The notes under the pieces are model-generated. The model was not told the DNA's origin. It was given only the letters and a program-made list of their open reading frames with translations, and ran no database searches. Shown here piece after piece: positions 29,336-39,974 of a DNA stretch of 42,871 bases. The number at the start of each line of letters is the position of its first letter. The first letter of the stretch is position 1. Both the position numbers and the translations under genes were made by a program. Source of the DNA: Muribaculaceae bacterium (GTDB taxonomy: Bacteria > Bacteroidota > Bacteroidia > Bacteroidales > Muribaculaceae); NCBI GenBank assembly GCA_029056365.1, contig JAIDBM010000064.1, forward strand, positions 1 through 42,871. The letters run 5' to 3'.

Positions 29336-30478
29336 CTATGTCTTCCGATATTTTTTTCGATACTCCGATGGCGTAAGACCTTTGTGTTTTCTGAAAATCC
29401 GTGAGATATTGCCATAGCCATTGAAACCAACCATATGGGCGGCATCTGCCAGAACAATATCGGACTCTGTGAGCAGACTGGCAAGCCGGTCGCAGCGATA
29501 GCCAAGTATATACTGATATATGGATACACCCATGGTCTGCCTGAATTTTGTTTCAAGATTGCGGCGTGACATCGGCACAAGCTGCAGCAGCTTTCCGGTG
29601 TCGAGTTCGCTCATGTAGTTCTCATTGATATACCTTACCACCTTCAGAACGTTTTCATCGAGAATGTTGTATCGGTCGGTTGAACACCGCTCGATAATTT
29701 TGCTGGGCAACACCTTAAGATTGAACGATGTTATGTTGGACTGAAGAATCTGCTGCTCGATAAGTTTCGCCATGGCGTAGCCGCCTTCCTCCACCAGAAG
29801 GGGTATTGAAGAAATAGGAGGGTCGGATATCGAGCACATCAGCTCATCGTTGTCGATACCCAGCAGCGATATTTCTTCCGGTATGGAAATATTCGACATC
29901 TTGCAGGTTTCGGATACAAACAGTGCCCGCTCATCGTCGCAGCAGAACAGCGCAACAGGCTTAGGAAGCTGCCGCAGCCACTGTGCAAGCTCGTGTCGCA
30001 TCTCATCGTTTACCGTCGGAGTCATGAAACTGCGGAAATTACCGCCGCAACGTCTTACCTCACGTTCAAATCCTTCCAGGCGTTCTTCCGACCATACCAC
30101 ATCCTTAAAACCGAAATAAGCGAATTCGTTGTACAGCTTTTCCTTGAAAAATTCAGCTGCTATACGCCCCTCGTTATGGTAGTCGCCGGTGAGATTGGAG
30201 TAGCGTGTGCTTCGCCAGTGGAAATTCAACAGCACCACCGGCACATTGAGTTCCTTCTGAAAATCAATCGTATTGCTCTCAAGCTTGCCTATGATGGCAT
30301 CGGGCCGCCACTTACGCGTCCATTCAAGCACGCCCTCGATTCCATGCATCTCTATAAAATAAAATGGCAAGCGATAGAACATCCATGGCCCATGTTCCTG
30401 AGAGTATCTCACCAGGCCGCGAAGCAGACGGCGGTCGTAGTCGCTTGAATAGTCGATCAGAAGGAGTATCTTAATCAT
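29336..30478 (-). CDS. XylR-type regulator (periplasmic-binding-fold sensor + AraC HTH)
   Basis: WSEERLEGF, LPKPVALFCCDD, IPEEISLLGIDND, SRRNLETKF, GLTPSEYRK. ATG at 30478 chosen as start. Confidence 0.88.
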   Translation of the reverse strand: MIKILLLIDYSSDYDRRLLRGLVRYSQEHGPWMFYRLPFYFIEMHGIEGVLEWTRKWRPDAIIGKLESNTIDFQKELNVPVVLLNFHWRSTRYSNLTGDYHNEGRIAAEFFKEKLYNEFAYFGFKDVVWSEERLEGFEREVRRCGGNFRSFMTPTVNDEMRHELAQWLRQLPKPVALFCCDDERALFVSETCKMSNISIPEEISLLGIDNDELMCSISDPPISSIPLLVEEGGYAMAKLIEQQILQSNITSFNLKVLPSKIIERCSTDRYNILDENVLKVVRYINENYMSELDTGKLLQLVPMSRRNLETKFRQTMGVSIYQYILGYRCDRLASLLTESDIVLADAAHMVGFNGYGNISRIFRKHKGLTPSEYRKKYRKT

Positions 30479-30484
30479 TTCAAA

Positions 30485-30605
30485 CGCAAATTGAGGATTG
30501 ACTTGCGCAAATGTATGAAATAACATCTGTTTTTACAAATATTCAACTCGCTTTTTGATGATAAATGCAATAATTTGCGCAAATCGAAGATAAATAAACG
30601 CAAAT
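30485..30605. promoter_or_regulatory. Candidate operator repeats in the divergent regulator/ROK intergenic region
   Basis: CGCAAAT at 30485, 30506, 30578 and 30599 (two pairs, each 21 bp apart); TAATTTTG -7 element at 30633-30640. Confidence 0.55.
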
Positions 30606-30658
30606 CATTGATTTTCGTGCAATTTGTTGAGCTAATTTTGCAAAAAAAGTTAAGAGCC

Positions 30659-31498
30659 ATGAAAATCGGAGTTGATTTAGGAGGCACCAACATTCGGGTC
30701 GGCCTTATCGAAGGAGATTCTGTCCTTGCAAAAAAAATATCGCCATGTCCGGCCGATCGTCCGGCCGATGAAATACTTGACTGCATCGGAAATATGATTT
30801 CCGATACCTTACATGATGATGTCAGGGGAATCGGCATAGGAGTTCCATCGGCTGTAGATGTAGACAATGGCATAGTATATGATGTATGCAATATACCATC
30901 GTGGAAAGAAGTTCGCCTTAAGGAATATCTTGAAGGACGCTTCGGCCGACCGGCATTCGTCAACAACGATGCCAACTGCTTTGCACTCGGAGAAACAATC
31001 TACGGCTGCTGCAGCGATTTCCGCAACGTTGTAGGAATAACTCTCGGCACTGGCGTCGGCATGGGTATTATAATAAACGGCCAGCTTTACAACGGGGTGA
31101 ACGCAGGCGCCGGCGAATTGAGTTCCATTCCCTATCTCGACTCCGACTACGAACATTACTGCAGCAGTTCATTCTTCACGCGCTGCCACGGTATCACAGG
31201 AAAAGAAGCCGCATCACTCGCATCACAGGGCAATGAGCGGGCCTTGGCCATATGGGAGGAATTCGGCACTCACCTGGGCAAGCTGCTGACTGCCGTACTT
31301 TATGCATATGCGCCTGAGGCGATTGCATTCGGAGGCAGCATATCCCAGGCTTTCTCCCATTTTGAAAAGAGTATGCGCCGCGAACTCTGCAATTATCCAT
31401 TCAAGGCCACACTTCGCCGACTAAGGATATGCACATCGAACGGTGGCGACACAGCACTCCTCGGAGCCTCGGCCCTTGTAGACCGAAATGCCCGATAA
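30659..31498 (+). CDS. ROK-family sugar kinase
   Basis: GVDLGGTN, GIGVP, NNDANCFALGE, TLGTGVG, AGE. Confidence 0.92.
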   Translation: MKIGVDLGGTNIRVGLIEGDSVLAKKISPCPADRPADEILDCIGNMISDTLHDDVRGIGIGVPSAVDVDNGIVYDVCNIPSWKEVRLKEYLEGRFGRPAFVNNDANCFALGETIYGCCSDFRNVVGITLGTGVGMGIIINGQLYNGVNAGAGELSSIPYLDSDYEHYCSSSFFTRCHGITGKEAASLASQGNERALAIWEEFGTHLGKLLTAVLYAYAPEAIAFGGSISQAFSHFEKSMRRELCNYPFKATLRRLRICTSNGGDTALLGASALVDRNAR

Positions 31499-31527
31499 CC
31501 ATACAAAACATCCCATTCATCACAACC

Positions 31528-34077
31528 ATGAATAAATTATCACATTATTGTAAAGCTGGCTCTTTTTCTCTCATTCTGTTGGCGGCTTCCTGTTCAAACG
31601 GTTTCTCTCCATCGAAAACCGTTCTCTCCGATGGCTGGACTCTAAGCTCGGACGAGATGCGATATGAGGCTACGGTGCCATCCACTGTTATGGGTGTGCT
31701 CTACGAAAACGGACTCTATGACAACGCTCTCGAAGGCGACAACTACAAGAACATCGACAAAAAGATATTCGACAGCCCCTGGCGCTACAGCCGCACGATA
31801 GAAGTGCCGGCCGTGCCACGCGACGGACACGCGGCAATAAACTTCGAAGGTCTTGGCTGGGGAGCCGACGTATGGATCGACGGTAAAAAAATCGCTTCCC
31901 GCGACACTCTGTACGGACCATTCCGACAGTTCGAACTCGACATCACTCCTTATGCCGGCAAGACAAGCAAACTCGACATTGACGTATACCGCGCACAACC
32001 CGGCGATCCCAATATAGGTTTTGCCGACTGGAACCCGCGTCCGGCCGATGAGAGCATGGGGTTATTCCGTCCGGTTGTAATATCCACTACCGGAGCGGTC
32101 GACATCCGCCATCCGGCTGTGAGATCGAAAGTCAATACCGAAACTCTTGCCGAAGCATGGCTGACTGTAGACGCCACTCTGGAGAATAAATCGCAGAAGC
32201 CTGTAGACGGTGTACTCAAGGGTTCGTTCGACAACAGAACCTTCAGCGTGCCCGTAAGCCTCGGCCCCGGGGAAAGCCGCAGGGTGGTTCTGACCTCCGA
32301 CGATGAAGCACAGCTGCACATCGACAATCCCCGCCTGTGGTGGGTGCGCAATCTCGGAAGTCCGGAGATGTACAACATGAGTCTGGAATTTATCGTCGAC
32401 AATCAGGTGTCCGACAAAGAAAGTATCGATTTCGGCATCCGTCAGATTGAAGATTACTTCACAGCCGAAGGTTATCGCGGTTTCAAGGTGAACGGAAAGA
32501 AAGTGCTCATACGCGGCGCCGGATGGACCGATGATATATTCCTGCGCAACACTCCTGAGAGCAACGAAACAGAGATTCAATATATCTGCGACATGAATCT
32601 CAACACAGTACGGTTCGAAAATTTCTGGGGCACATCGCAGAACATCTACGACCTGTGCGACCGCTACGGCCTGCTTGCCCTGACCGGATGGAGCTGCTTC
32701 TGGGAGTGGGAGACATACATGGGATGCCCCGGCGACGACTACGGCTGTATAAGCTCCGAACGCAACATGGACCTTACCGTAAAATCTCTGCGCGACCAGA
32801 TTCTATGGCTAAGGAATCATCCGTCGATTATCGCTTGGTTTGCCGGCAGCGACATGTTGCCGCGCCCCGAACTCGAAAAGCGCTATCTTGAATTCCTTCC
32901 GGAAATCGATGACCGTCCTTATCTCGGAGCCGCAAAAGAGCTTACAAGCGAACTCACCGGTCCGACAGGAATGAAAATGGCCGGTCCGTACGACTATGTG
33001 GCTCCCAACTACTGGTTCGACAAAAACGCCCCCGGCGGTGCCTTCGGTTTCAACACCGAAACCGGTATAGGTGCACAGCTGCCGGTAGAGGAATCGATCC
33101 GCCGCATGATACCTGCCGACAGCCTATGGCCGGTCGGCAATGCCTGGGACTATCATTGCACTACTGCCGGCGAAGCCATGCATTCGCTCGACGTTCTCAA
33201 GGATGTGATTGAGAAACGATACGGACGGCCAGAAAATCTCAGCGATTTCCTTCGAAAGGCCGACCTGGTAAACTACGACGGCACCCGTGCCATGTTCGAA
33301 GCATTCAGAGTAAACATTCCCAAATCAACCGGAGTCATACAATGGATGCTCAATTCGGCCTGGCCATCGCTCTACTGGCAGCTATACGACTACTATCAGC
33401 AGCCTACAGCCGCATATTACTCCGTGAAAAACGCCAACAAGCCGGTGCAGCTCGTCTACAACTACGGCGACCATGCAATATACGCTGTAAACGAGAGTTC
33501 CGATGTTGTCTCGACCGTCGCATCAATGTCGCTCTACGATGTAAGCGGCAACAATAAATCCGAAAAGAAATCTGTAAGCGTCAGTCCTTATTCTGTAGTG
33601 AAGGTATTCGACCGACCGGATTTCAGCGGCACCGGATTCCTCTTCCTCAATCTCGCGGATACCGGCGGCAACATCATCGCACGCAACACATATTGCATTT
33701 CATCGGTCGATGATGTCAACGACTGGAAAAACTCCAGCTGGATCAGAACACCGGTTGCACGTCACGGCGATTTCAGCGGTCTGGCAAACCTGCCCGAAGC
33801 AAGCTGTGCGATCAGTACGGCAAAGGTGAACGAAAACACACTTGATGTGACTCTGGAGAACCAGTCCGACAATGTGGCTTTCTTTATCCGTATGGTCCTT
33901 AAAAATGAAAAAGGCGAACTCGCCGTGCCGGTTCTGTGGGCCGACAACTATATTTCGCTGGAACCTGGCGAGACACGGAAGATTTCCGTCGACCTAAGCA
34001 GGGCAAGAAACTTCACAGGCAGCGGAAGTATTGAAATTTCGGGATGGAACGTACCAAAAAAGAACACAACAATCTAA
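31528..34077 (+). CDS. GH2 glycoside hydrolase, exo-beta-D-glucosaminidase (CsxA)-like lipoprotein
   Basis: Lipobox ASC, PRLWW, FGIR, GWSCFWEWE, LRNHPSIIAWFAGSD, GPYDYV.P, FNTETG, WMLNSAWPS. Confidence 0.82.
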   Translation: MNKLSHYCKAGSFSLILLAASCSNGFSPSKTVLSDGWTLSSDEMRYEATVPSTVMGVLYENGLYDNALEGDNYKNIDKKIFDSPWRYSRTIEVPAVPRDGHAAINFEGLGWGADVWIDGKKIASRDTLYGPFRQFELDITPYAGKTSKLDIDVYRAQPGDPNIGFADWNPRPADESMGLFRPVVISTTGAVDIRHPAVRSKVNTETLAEAWLTVDATLENKSQKPVDGVLKGSFDNRTFSVPVSLGPGESRRVVLTSDDEAQLHIDNPRLWWVRNLGSPEMYNMSLEFIVDNQVSDKESIDFGIRQIEDYFTAEGYRGFKVNGKKVLIRGAGWTDDIFLRNTPESNETEIQYICDMNLNTVRFENFWGTSQNIYDLCDRYGLLALTGWSCFWEWETYMGCPGDDYGCISSERNMDLTVKSLRDQILWLRNHPSIIAWFAGSDMLPRPELEKRYLEFLPEIDDRPYLGAAKELTSELTGPTGMKMAGPYDYVAPNYWFDKNAPGGAFGFNTETGIGAQLPVEESIRRMIPADSLWPVGNAWDYHCTTAGEAMHSLDVLKDVIEKRYGRPENLSDFLRKADLVNYDGTRAMFEAFRVNIPKSTGVIQWMLNSAWPSLYWQLYDYYQQPTAAYYSVKNANKPVQLVYNYGDHAIYAVNESSDVVSTVASMSLYDVSGNNKSEKKSVSVSPYSVVKVFDRPDFSGTGFLFLNLADTGGNIIARNTYCISSVDDVNDWKNSSWIRTPVARHGDFSGLANLPEASCAISTAKVNENTLDVTLENQSDNVAFFIRMVLKNEKGELAVPVLWADNYISLEPGETRKISVDLSRARNFTGSGSIEISGWNVPKKNTTI

Positions 34078-34089
34078 TATATTTTTACC

Positions 34090-37000
34090 ATGAAGAAATG
34101 TTTAATTTTGCTTGTATGCGCGTTATGCTGCTCAATGCAGCTTATCGCACAACAGCTTACAGTAAGCGGCACGGTTGTCGACCAGTCCGATGAACCGATA
34201 ACCGGTGCCATGGTAAGCCTGCAGTCCGACCCTCAGAAAGCTACCATGACCGACATCGATGGCAATTTCACGATTTCGGTATCGGCAGGAAACTCCATTA
34301 CAGTGAGCTTTGTAGGCTATGAGACAGCCATAAGGAAAATAAATCCCGGCGAGACATCTGTACACATAGTACTGAAAGAGGATGTAGTGACTCTTGAAGA
34401 AGTAGTGGCCATAGGCTACGGCACACAGAAGAAGAAACTCATCACCGGCTCGACCGTACAGGTAAAAGGCGATGAGATTGCCCGAACATCAAATGTAAGT
34501 GCGTTCACTGCCCTTCAGAGCCTTACCCCCGGTGTTCAGATCAAGAGCAATTCCGGTAAACCCGGCGATGGCTTCGCCGTAACCATACGTGGTATGGGAA
34601 CAACAGGCGACGCCGCTCCACTATATATAATCGACGGACTTGTAGGCGGCGATCTCAATGCAATAAATCCCAACGACATAGAGTCAATCGATATTCTCAA
34701 GGACGCTGCATCCACCGCCATCTATGGCGCCCGGGCCGCCAATGGTGTGATTATAGTCACAACCCGCCACGGACAGCAGGGCCGTCCGACCGTGAATTTC
34801 GACTTCTACTACGGATGGCAGAACATGGCAAAAAAACCGCAGACTCTCACAGCCCGCGAATACATGGCCGTAATGGACGAGGCCGCTGTAAACGATGGTC
34901 TTGACATGTACAACTGGACCAGCTACATGAGCCAGGAAAAATACAACGCCTACATGTCGGGGGCCGACAACGGAACCGACTGGATCAACGCCATCACCGG
35001 CAAGAACGCTCCCGTACAGAACTACACTCTCGGAATCAGCGGAGGAAGCAACAACTCGGTATACTCGATGTCGCTCGGCTACACCTCGCAGGAATCGCTT
35101 GTAGGCAGCCAGTATTTCACCTCGAAATACGAGCGCTTCAACGCACGCATGAACTCGGAATATACAATTTTGCGAATAAAGGACTTCGATGCTGTGAAAA
35201 TAGGTGAAAACTTCACCATGTCGTTTATCAAGGACCAGGGTCTCGGACTCGGACAGGACGGTCCTTACTGGAACCACCTCCGCAACGCCATGGAGGCTTA
35301 TCCTATCATGGAGCTGATGAACGAAGACGGCACCGACTTTAATCCGGGCATTCTGTCGTGGTCGAACATGAGGGTGAATCCGGTGATGATGCTGATTCTG
35401 CAGGGCCGCGACCAGGACAACAAGAACTATTCGGCCCGAGGCAACTTCTATATCAACATACAGCCCATAAAAAACCTCATATTCCGTTCGCAGTTCGGCA
35501 TCGGATACAGCAGCTACACAAGCCGTTCGTTCCGCACGGCCTACAACTACGGACCACTCGCCCAGAACGCCAACGACATAACCACACAGTCAGCCGGTTC
35601 CGACTATTCGTGGAGCTGGGACAACACGCTCACATATTCCTTCTCGATAAAGAACCTCCACAATATCAGCGCCATGATAGGCATGACAGCCGAACGCTGG
35701 GGCTACGGCGAAGGTACCGGCGGCTCTAACATCAATTCGGCGTTCTCCGACTTCATGCACGCATGGCTGAGCAACAACCCCACAATCTACCCCACCAATA
35801 CCACCCTATGGGGCGCTCCATCGGGCAAGGGTGCGCTTGTAAGCTACTTCGGACGTGCCAACTATGACTTCGACGGACGTTACCTGGCCACATTCACTCT
35901 ACGCGCCGACGGAAGCTCCAACTTCGCGCCGGGACACCGCTGGGGTTACTTCCCCTCGGCAAGCGTAGGCTGGAACCTCGCAAGCGAGAAGTTCATGGCT
36001 TCGCAGCGCACCTGGCTCGACCAGTTCAAGCTTCGCGCTTCGTGGGGTCGGAACGGTAACTGCAATATCTCGAATTTCCAATATCTTACAACCATAGGAA
36101 TTGGCGGCGCAAACTATTTCTTCGGCAGCAACCACCTCGACAAGGTTACAGGTTCGTATCCCGAAAAACTCGCTAATCCCGACATCACATGGGAAAAATC
36201 GGAACAGTTCGACATCGGCTTCGACTCGCGGTTCCTTCACAACCGGCTGGGTGTTATCTTCGACTACTATAACAAAACCACAAAAGACTGGCTTGTAGTA
36301 GCTCCTATCCTTGCCTCTTATGGCACCGGCGCTCCGATGATAAACGGCGGCGATGTACGCAACAGAGGTGTCGAACTCGCTCTGTCGTGGAACGACCGTG
36401 CCGGCGATTTCATCTACGGTGCTACTGTAAATCTCGGCTACAACAAGAACGAGGTCACACGTCTTGCCAACGATGAGGGAATCATCAACGGCTCAACCGA
36501 AATACTTTCAAGCCGTACCGACTATATCTCGCGCGTACAGGTAGGACACCCGATCGGTTTCTTCTACGGATACAAAACCGATGGTGTGTTCCAGAACGAG
36601 GCCGAAGTAAACGCCTACCGCAATTCCAAGGGCGAACTCATCTGTCCGACATCAAAACCAGGCGACCTGCGATTCGTCGACACTGACGGCGACGGAAGCA
36701 TCACCGATGCCGACCGTGTGGAAATCGGAAACCCGCATCCCGATTTCAATCTCGGTGTAAACATCAACCTGGGATATAAAGGTTTCGACTTTTCGGTATC
36801 GGGAGTAGGTGCTTTCGGCCAGCAGATCGCCAAATCATACCGCGACTTCTCCGACAAGGGCAAAGACTCCTATACAATGGATGTGGTCAAGAACCGCTGG
36901 CACGGCGAAGGATCTTCGAACCGATACCCGCGTCTGTCGATTACCCCGTCGGAAAACAACTGGAACCGCATATCCGACATCTATGTTGAAGACGGCGACT

Positions 37001-37233
37001 ATTTCCGCATATCCAACATCACACTTGGCTACGATTTCAAGAATATATGGAAAGCCTGTCCGTTCCAGCGCCTACGCGCATATGCCACAATCCAGAATCT
37101 CTGCACTTTCACAAAATATTCGGGCACAGACCCCGAGGTAGGTTTCGGCGGCGACAGCTGGGCCACCGGCATCGACACCGGACGATATCCTGTGAGCCGC
37201 ACTTTCCTGCTGGGTGCAAACATAACATTCTAA
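34090..37233 (+). CDS. susC: SusC/RagA TonB-dependent transporter
   Basis: LEEVVAIGYG, ILKDAASTAIYGARAANGVI, RADGSSNF, YFPSASVGW, C-terminal Phe. Confidence 0.96.
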   Translation: MKKCLILLVCALCCSMQLIAQQLTVSGTVVDQSDEPITGAMVSLQSDPQKATMTDIDGNFTISVSAGNSITVSFVGYETAIRKINPGETSVHIVLKEDVVTLEEVVAIGYGTQKKKLITGSTVQVKGDEIARTSNVSAFTALQSLTPGVQIKSNSGKPGDGFAVTIRGMGTTGDAAPLYIIDGLVGGDLNAINPNDIESIDILKDAASTAIYGARAANGVIIVTTRHGQQGRPTVNFDFYYGWQNMAKKPQTLTAREYMAVMDEAAVNDGLDMYNWTSYMSQEKYNAYMSGADNGTDWINAITGKNAPVQNYTLGISGGSNNSVYSMSLGYTSQESLVGSQYFTSKYERFNARMNSEYTILRIKDFDAVKIGENFTMSFIKDQGLGLGQDGPYWNHLRNAMEAYPIMELMNEDGTDFNPGILSWSNMRVNPVMMLILQGRDQDNKNYSARGNFYINIQPIKNLIFRSQFGIGYSSYTSRSFRTAYNYGPLAQNANDITTQSAGSDYSWSWDNTLTYSFSIKNLHNISAMIGMTAERWGYGEGTGGSNINSAFSDFMHAWLSNNPTIYPTNTTLWGAPSGKGALVSYFGRANYDFDGRYLATFTLRADGSSNFAPGHRWGYFPSASVGWNLASEKFMASQRTWLDQFKLRASWGRNGNCNISNFQYLTTIGIGGANYFFGSNHLDKVTGSYPEKLANPDITWEKSEQFDIGFDSRFLHNRLGVIFDYYNKTTKDWLVVAPILASYGTGAPMINGGDVRNRGVELALSWNDRAGDFIYGATVNLGYNKNEVTRLANDEGIINGSTEILSSRTDYISRVQVGHPIGFFYGYKTDGVFQNEAEVNAYRNSKGELICPTSKPGDLRFVDTDGDGSITDADRVEIGNPHPDFNLGVNINLGYKGFDFSVSGVGAFGQQIAKSYRDFSDKGKDSYTMDVVKNRWHGEGSSNRYPRLSITPSENNWNRISDIYVEDGDYFRISNITLGYDFKNIWKACPFQRLRAYATIQNLCTFTKYSGTDPEVGFGGDSWATGIDTGRYPVSRTFLLGANITF

Positions 37234-37252
37234 CCACATTAAACATATTGTC

Positions 37253-38980
37253 ATGAAATCAATATATAAACTGGTTTTACTGCCGGCACTCGCTCTTGCG
37301 GCATGCGCATGCTCAGAGAGTTTTCTGAATACCGACAATCTTACCGGAAAGGACAACACCAATTTCCCGCTTACTTATGGCGAAGCACAGGAAGTGCTCA
37401 CCTCCTGCTACGAACCCCTTATGGGCCAATGGGACGAACCTGCCGGCAACACCGACTTCGTTGCCACCGTAATGTCGGACGACTGCTTCCCTGGCGGCGG
37501 TTCCGACGACAGAATATTCCATGCCATAGGCTCGTACAAGCGTATCGATGTAAACATGTACGCCACTTTCTGGCGCCGCCGCTACGAAGGTATATACCGC
37601 TGCAACTTCCTGCTGTCGGTGGCCGACCAGATCGACATGACCGGAGAACAGCGCAACCAGTTTCTGGGCGAATGCCATTTCCTGCGTGCAATGTATTATT
37701 TCGACCTGGCACGCGCATTTGAAAACGTACCGTTGGTACTGTCGCCCGAACCTGCCAACAATCCTCAGGCTGCGCCCGATGACCTCTATGCACAGATTGG
37801 ATTCGACTTCCTGCAGGCATGCGAACTGTTGCCTGACCGCAAGTTCGACCCGGCATGGAATGCCACTAACCTCGGCCGTGCCACCCGCTGGGCCGCCCAG
37901 GGCATGCTTGCACGCGCATGGCTTTTCTACACCGGCTTCTATAACAAGGACAGTCTGCCTGTAGCTTCGGCCGACGGTACTACAGATGCCGTTACCAAAA
38001 ACGACATCATAAAATATGTCGACGACTGCATTGCAAATTCAGGTCACGACCTGGTGAACGATTTCCGTAATCTCTGGGCATATTCATATGCCGAAGGTTA
38101 TGAATACCGCGACCAGAACAACCTCAAATGGGTGACCGACGACGGAAGCAATCCCGAAGCCGTGTTCATATGCCATCATGGGGTATGGAACAATCCCGAT
38201 TGGGGAAACTACGGCCACAATCTTTCAGTTCTCGACTACGGTTTGCGCTACCAGGATGAAGGAGCCGGTTACGGCGACGAGGGTGTATGGCCGTTCGGCG
38301 CCGGATGGGGTGCCGGTACGGTAACGGAAAGTCTGTACAATTCCTTCGCCTCCAACGACATCCGTCGTCAGGGTTCGATTATAAATGTCGACGACCCCAG
38401 CGAAGGCCTTACTTACACCGACAACGCCTCGGGTCAATGCTACGACACTCATCTGTTCATCAAGAAGTATACACCTATAAATGTGCACAGCGATAATGAA
38501 ACGCTTACAGGTGGAACAGGATATTGTGCCATGGCTCTCGTTCTCTATCCCGGCTATACCGAAACCGACTTCCAGGTCAACAACCTTGTCGATTTCATGA
38601 TGCTGCGCTTTGCCGACATCCTTCTGATGGGTGCGGAACTTGGCGGCCCAAATGCCCAGAGACATATGGACAGGGTGCGCGAACGTGTCGGACTCAGTCC
38701 GGTTCCGGCCACACTTGAAAACATCAAGAAAGAACGCCGCTGGGAGCTTGCCTTCGAAGGTGTACGCTACTACGATGTACTCCGCTGGCACGATGAGGCG
38801 CAACTCACTGCAAACCGCTCGAACTGCAAGGTGCTGAATTCCGGCGTCGAGACTGTAATATCTATCCCATTCCGCCCCGAGACACGCGGTTTCCTGCCTA
38901 TTCCTCAGCAGGAAATAGAAAAATCGGGCAATATTCTCAAGCAAAACGCAGGCTGGACCGATGCTTCCTGCACTTTCTGA
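37253..38980 (+). CDS. susD: SusD/RagB glycan-binding lipoprotein
   Basis: Lipobox, GECHFLRAMYYFDL, LRFADILLM, ERRWELAFEG.RYYD, PIP..EI...QN.GW. Confidence 0.95.
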   Translation: MKSIYKLVLLPALALAACACSESFLNTDNLTGKDNTNFPLTYGEAQEVLTSCYEPLMGQWDEPAGNTDFVATVMSDDCFPGGGSDDRIFHAIGSYKRIDVNMYATFWRRRYEGIYRCNFLLSVADQIDMTGEQRNQFLGECHFLRAMYYFDLARAFENVPLVLSPEPANNPQAAPDDLYAQIGFDFLQACELLPDRKFDPAWNATNLGRATRWAAQGMLARAWLFYTGFYNKDSLPVASADGTTDAVTKNDIIKYVDDCIANSGHDLVNDFRNLWAYSYAEGYEYRDQNNLKWVTDDGSNPEAVFICHHGVWNNPDWGNYGHNLSVLDYGLRYQDEGAGYGDEGVWPFGAGWGAGTVTESLYNSFASNDIRRQGSIINVDDPSEGLTYTDNASGQCYDTHLFIKKYTPINVHSDNETLTGGTGYCAMALVLYPGYTETDFQVNNLVDFMMLRFADILLMGAELGGPNAQRHMDRVRERVGLSPVPATLENIKKERRWELAFEGVRYYDVLRWHDEAQLTANRSNCKVLNSGVETVISIPFRPETRGFLPIPQQEIEKSGNILKQNAGWTDASCTF

Positions 38981-39003
38981 CAACCTGACAATAATCTGAA
39001 ATC

Positions 39004-39891
39004 ATGAAAAAGATTCTATTATATTCGGCTACTGCCCTGACCATGATGCTTACATCATGTCTTCAGGCCCATGTATCCGACGACTCCATGGGCGAAATCC
39101 TCGCCCCCGAGCAGATCGACATAGAGGTAACTACCGACAAACCGGGTTCAAACATGGTTATCATGCGTTGCAACACTCCAGGCGTGATTCCTTACTGGAC
39201 CACGCCTACGGGTAAGTCGACTCGTGTATGCGATACAATAATAGCGCCATTTACCGGCGAGTTCAAGGTACAGTTTGTAGGCCTGTGCGGCGGCGGTGCC
39301 TCGCAGGCTGTGGAAAAGACAGTAAACATCGAACGATTCGATTACGAAATCGACCCGATGTATGTGCTTTTTGCCGGTGAAAACGGCTCCAAAAAATGGG
39401 TCTGGGACCCCAATCCCGGACGTGGCGGCAGCGGCTGCTATGGAGCCGGCGGATACGGCTGGTCGCCCGATGTGCCAAACTGGGGCGGTGTGAATGTTGG
39501 CGATGATGGCGTTTATGCCGATGAATATCTGGTGTTCGACCTCAATGGCGGCGCCAATGTTACGCTTCACCGTCATGACGGTACCGAGCAGAAAGGCACA
39601 TTCGCGTTTAATAAGAACGTGTCGTCCGACCGTGCCGCCCTCACTCCCTGCTTCCGCAACGGCGAACCCACCGGACAGGGCTGGCTGGGAACTGTGACTC
39701 TTTCGGGAACTACTGTTCCCTGCGGAGAACTCCAATGGGGCATGGGTCCGGCTCGCGATGAGTTCGAGATTGCTGTTCTCTCACCCGATGAAATGGTGCT
39801 TATTCAATGGATGGGCAGCTCGATTCTGTGCGACCCTGACTGGGCCACAGGCTCAACCCACTGGTGCTTCGTGCGCGATGGTGTCCAATAG
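39004..39891 (+). CDS. PUL surface lipoprotein (putative glycan-binding protein)
   Basis: Lipobox LTSC; immediately follows susD; Trp/Gly-rich C-terminal domain. Confidence 0.65.
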   Translation: MKKILLYSATALTMMLTSCLQAHVSDDSMGEILAPEQIDIEVTTDKPGSNMVIMRCNTPGVIPYWTTPTGKSTRVCDTIIAPFTGEFKVQFVGLCGGGASQAVEKTVNIERFDYEIDPMYVLFAGENGSKKWVWDPNPGRGGSGCYGAGGYGWSPDVPNWGGVNVGDDGVYADEYLVFDLNGGANVTLHRHDGTEQKGTFAFNKNVSSDRAALTPCFRNGEPTGQGWLGTVTLSGTTVPCGELQWGMGPARDEFEIAVLSPDEMVLIQWMGSSILCDPDWATGSTHWCFVRDGVQ

Positions 39892-39914
39892 TCATACATA
39901 ATTATCTACTTTCC

Positions 39915-39943
39915 GAGGAGACTGTGTATGACACAGTCTCCTC
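39915..39943 (+). terminator. Intra-PUL stem-loop
   Basis: GAGGAGACTGTGT-ATG-ACACAGTCTCCTC, perfect 13-bp stem. Confidence 0.65.
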
Positions 39944-39974
39944 TCTCTAAAAAACATATACAAACATTATACTT

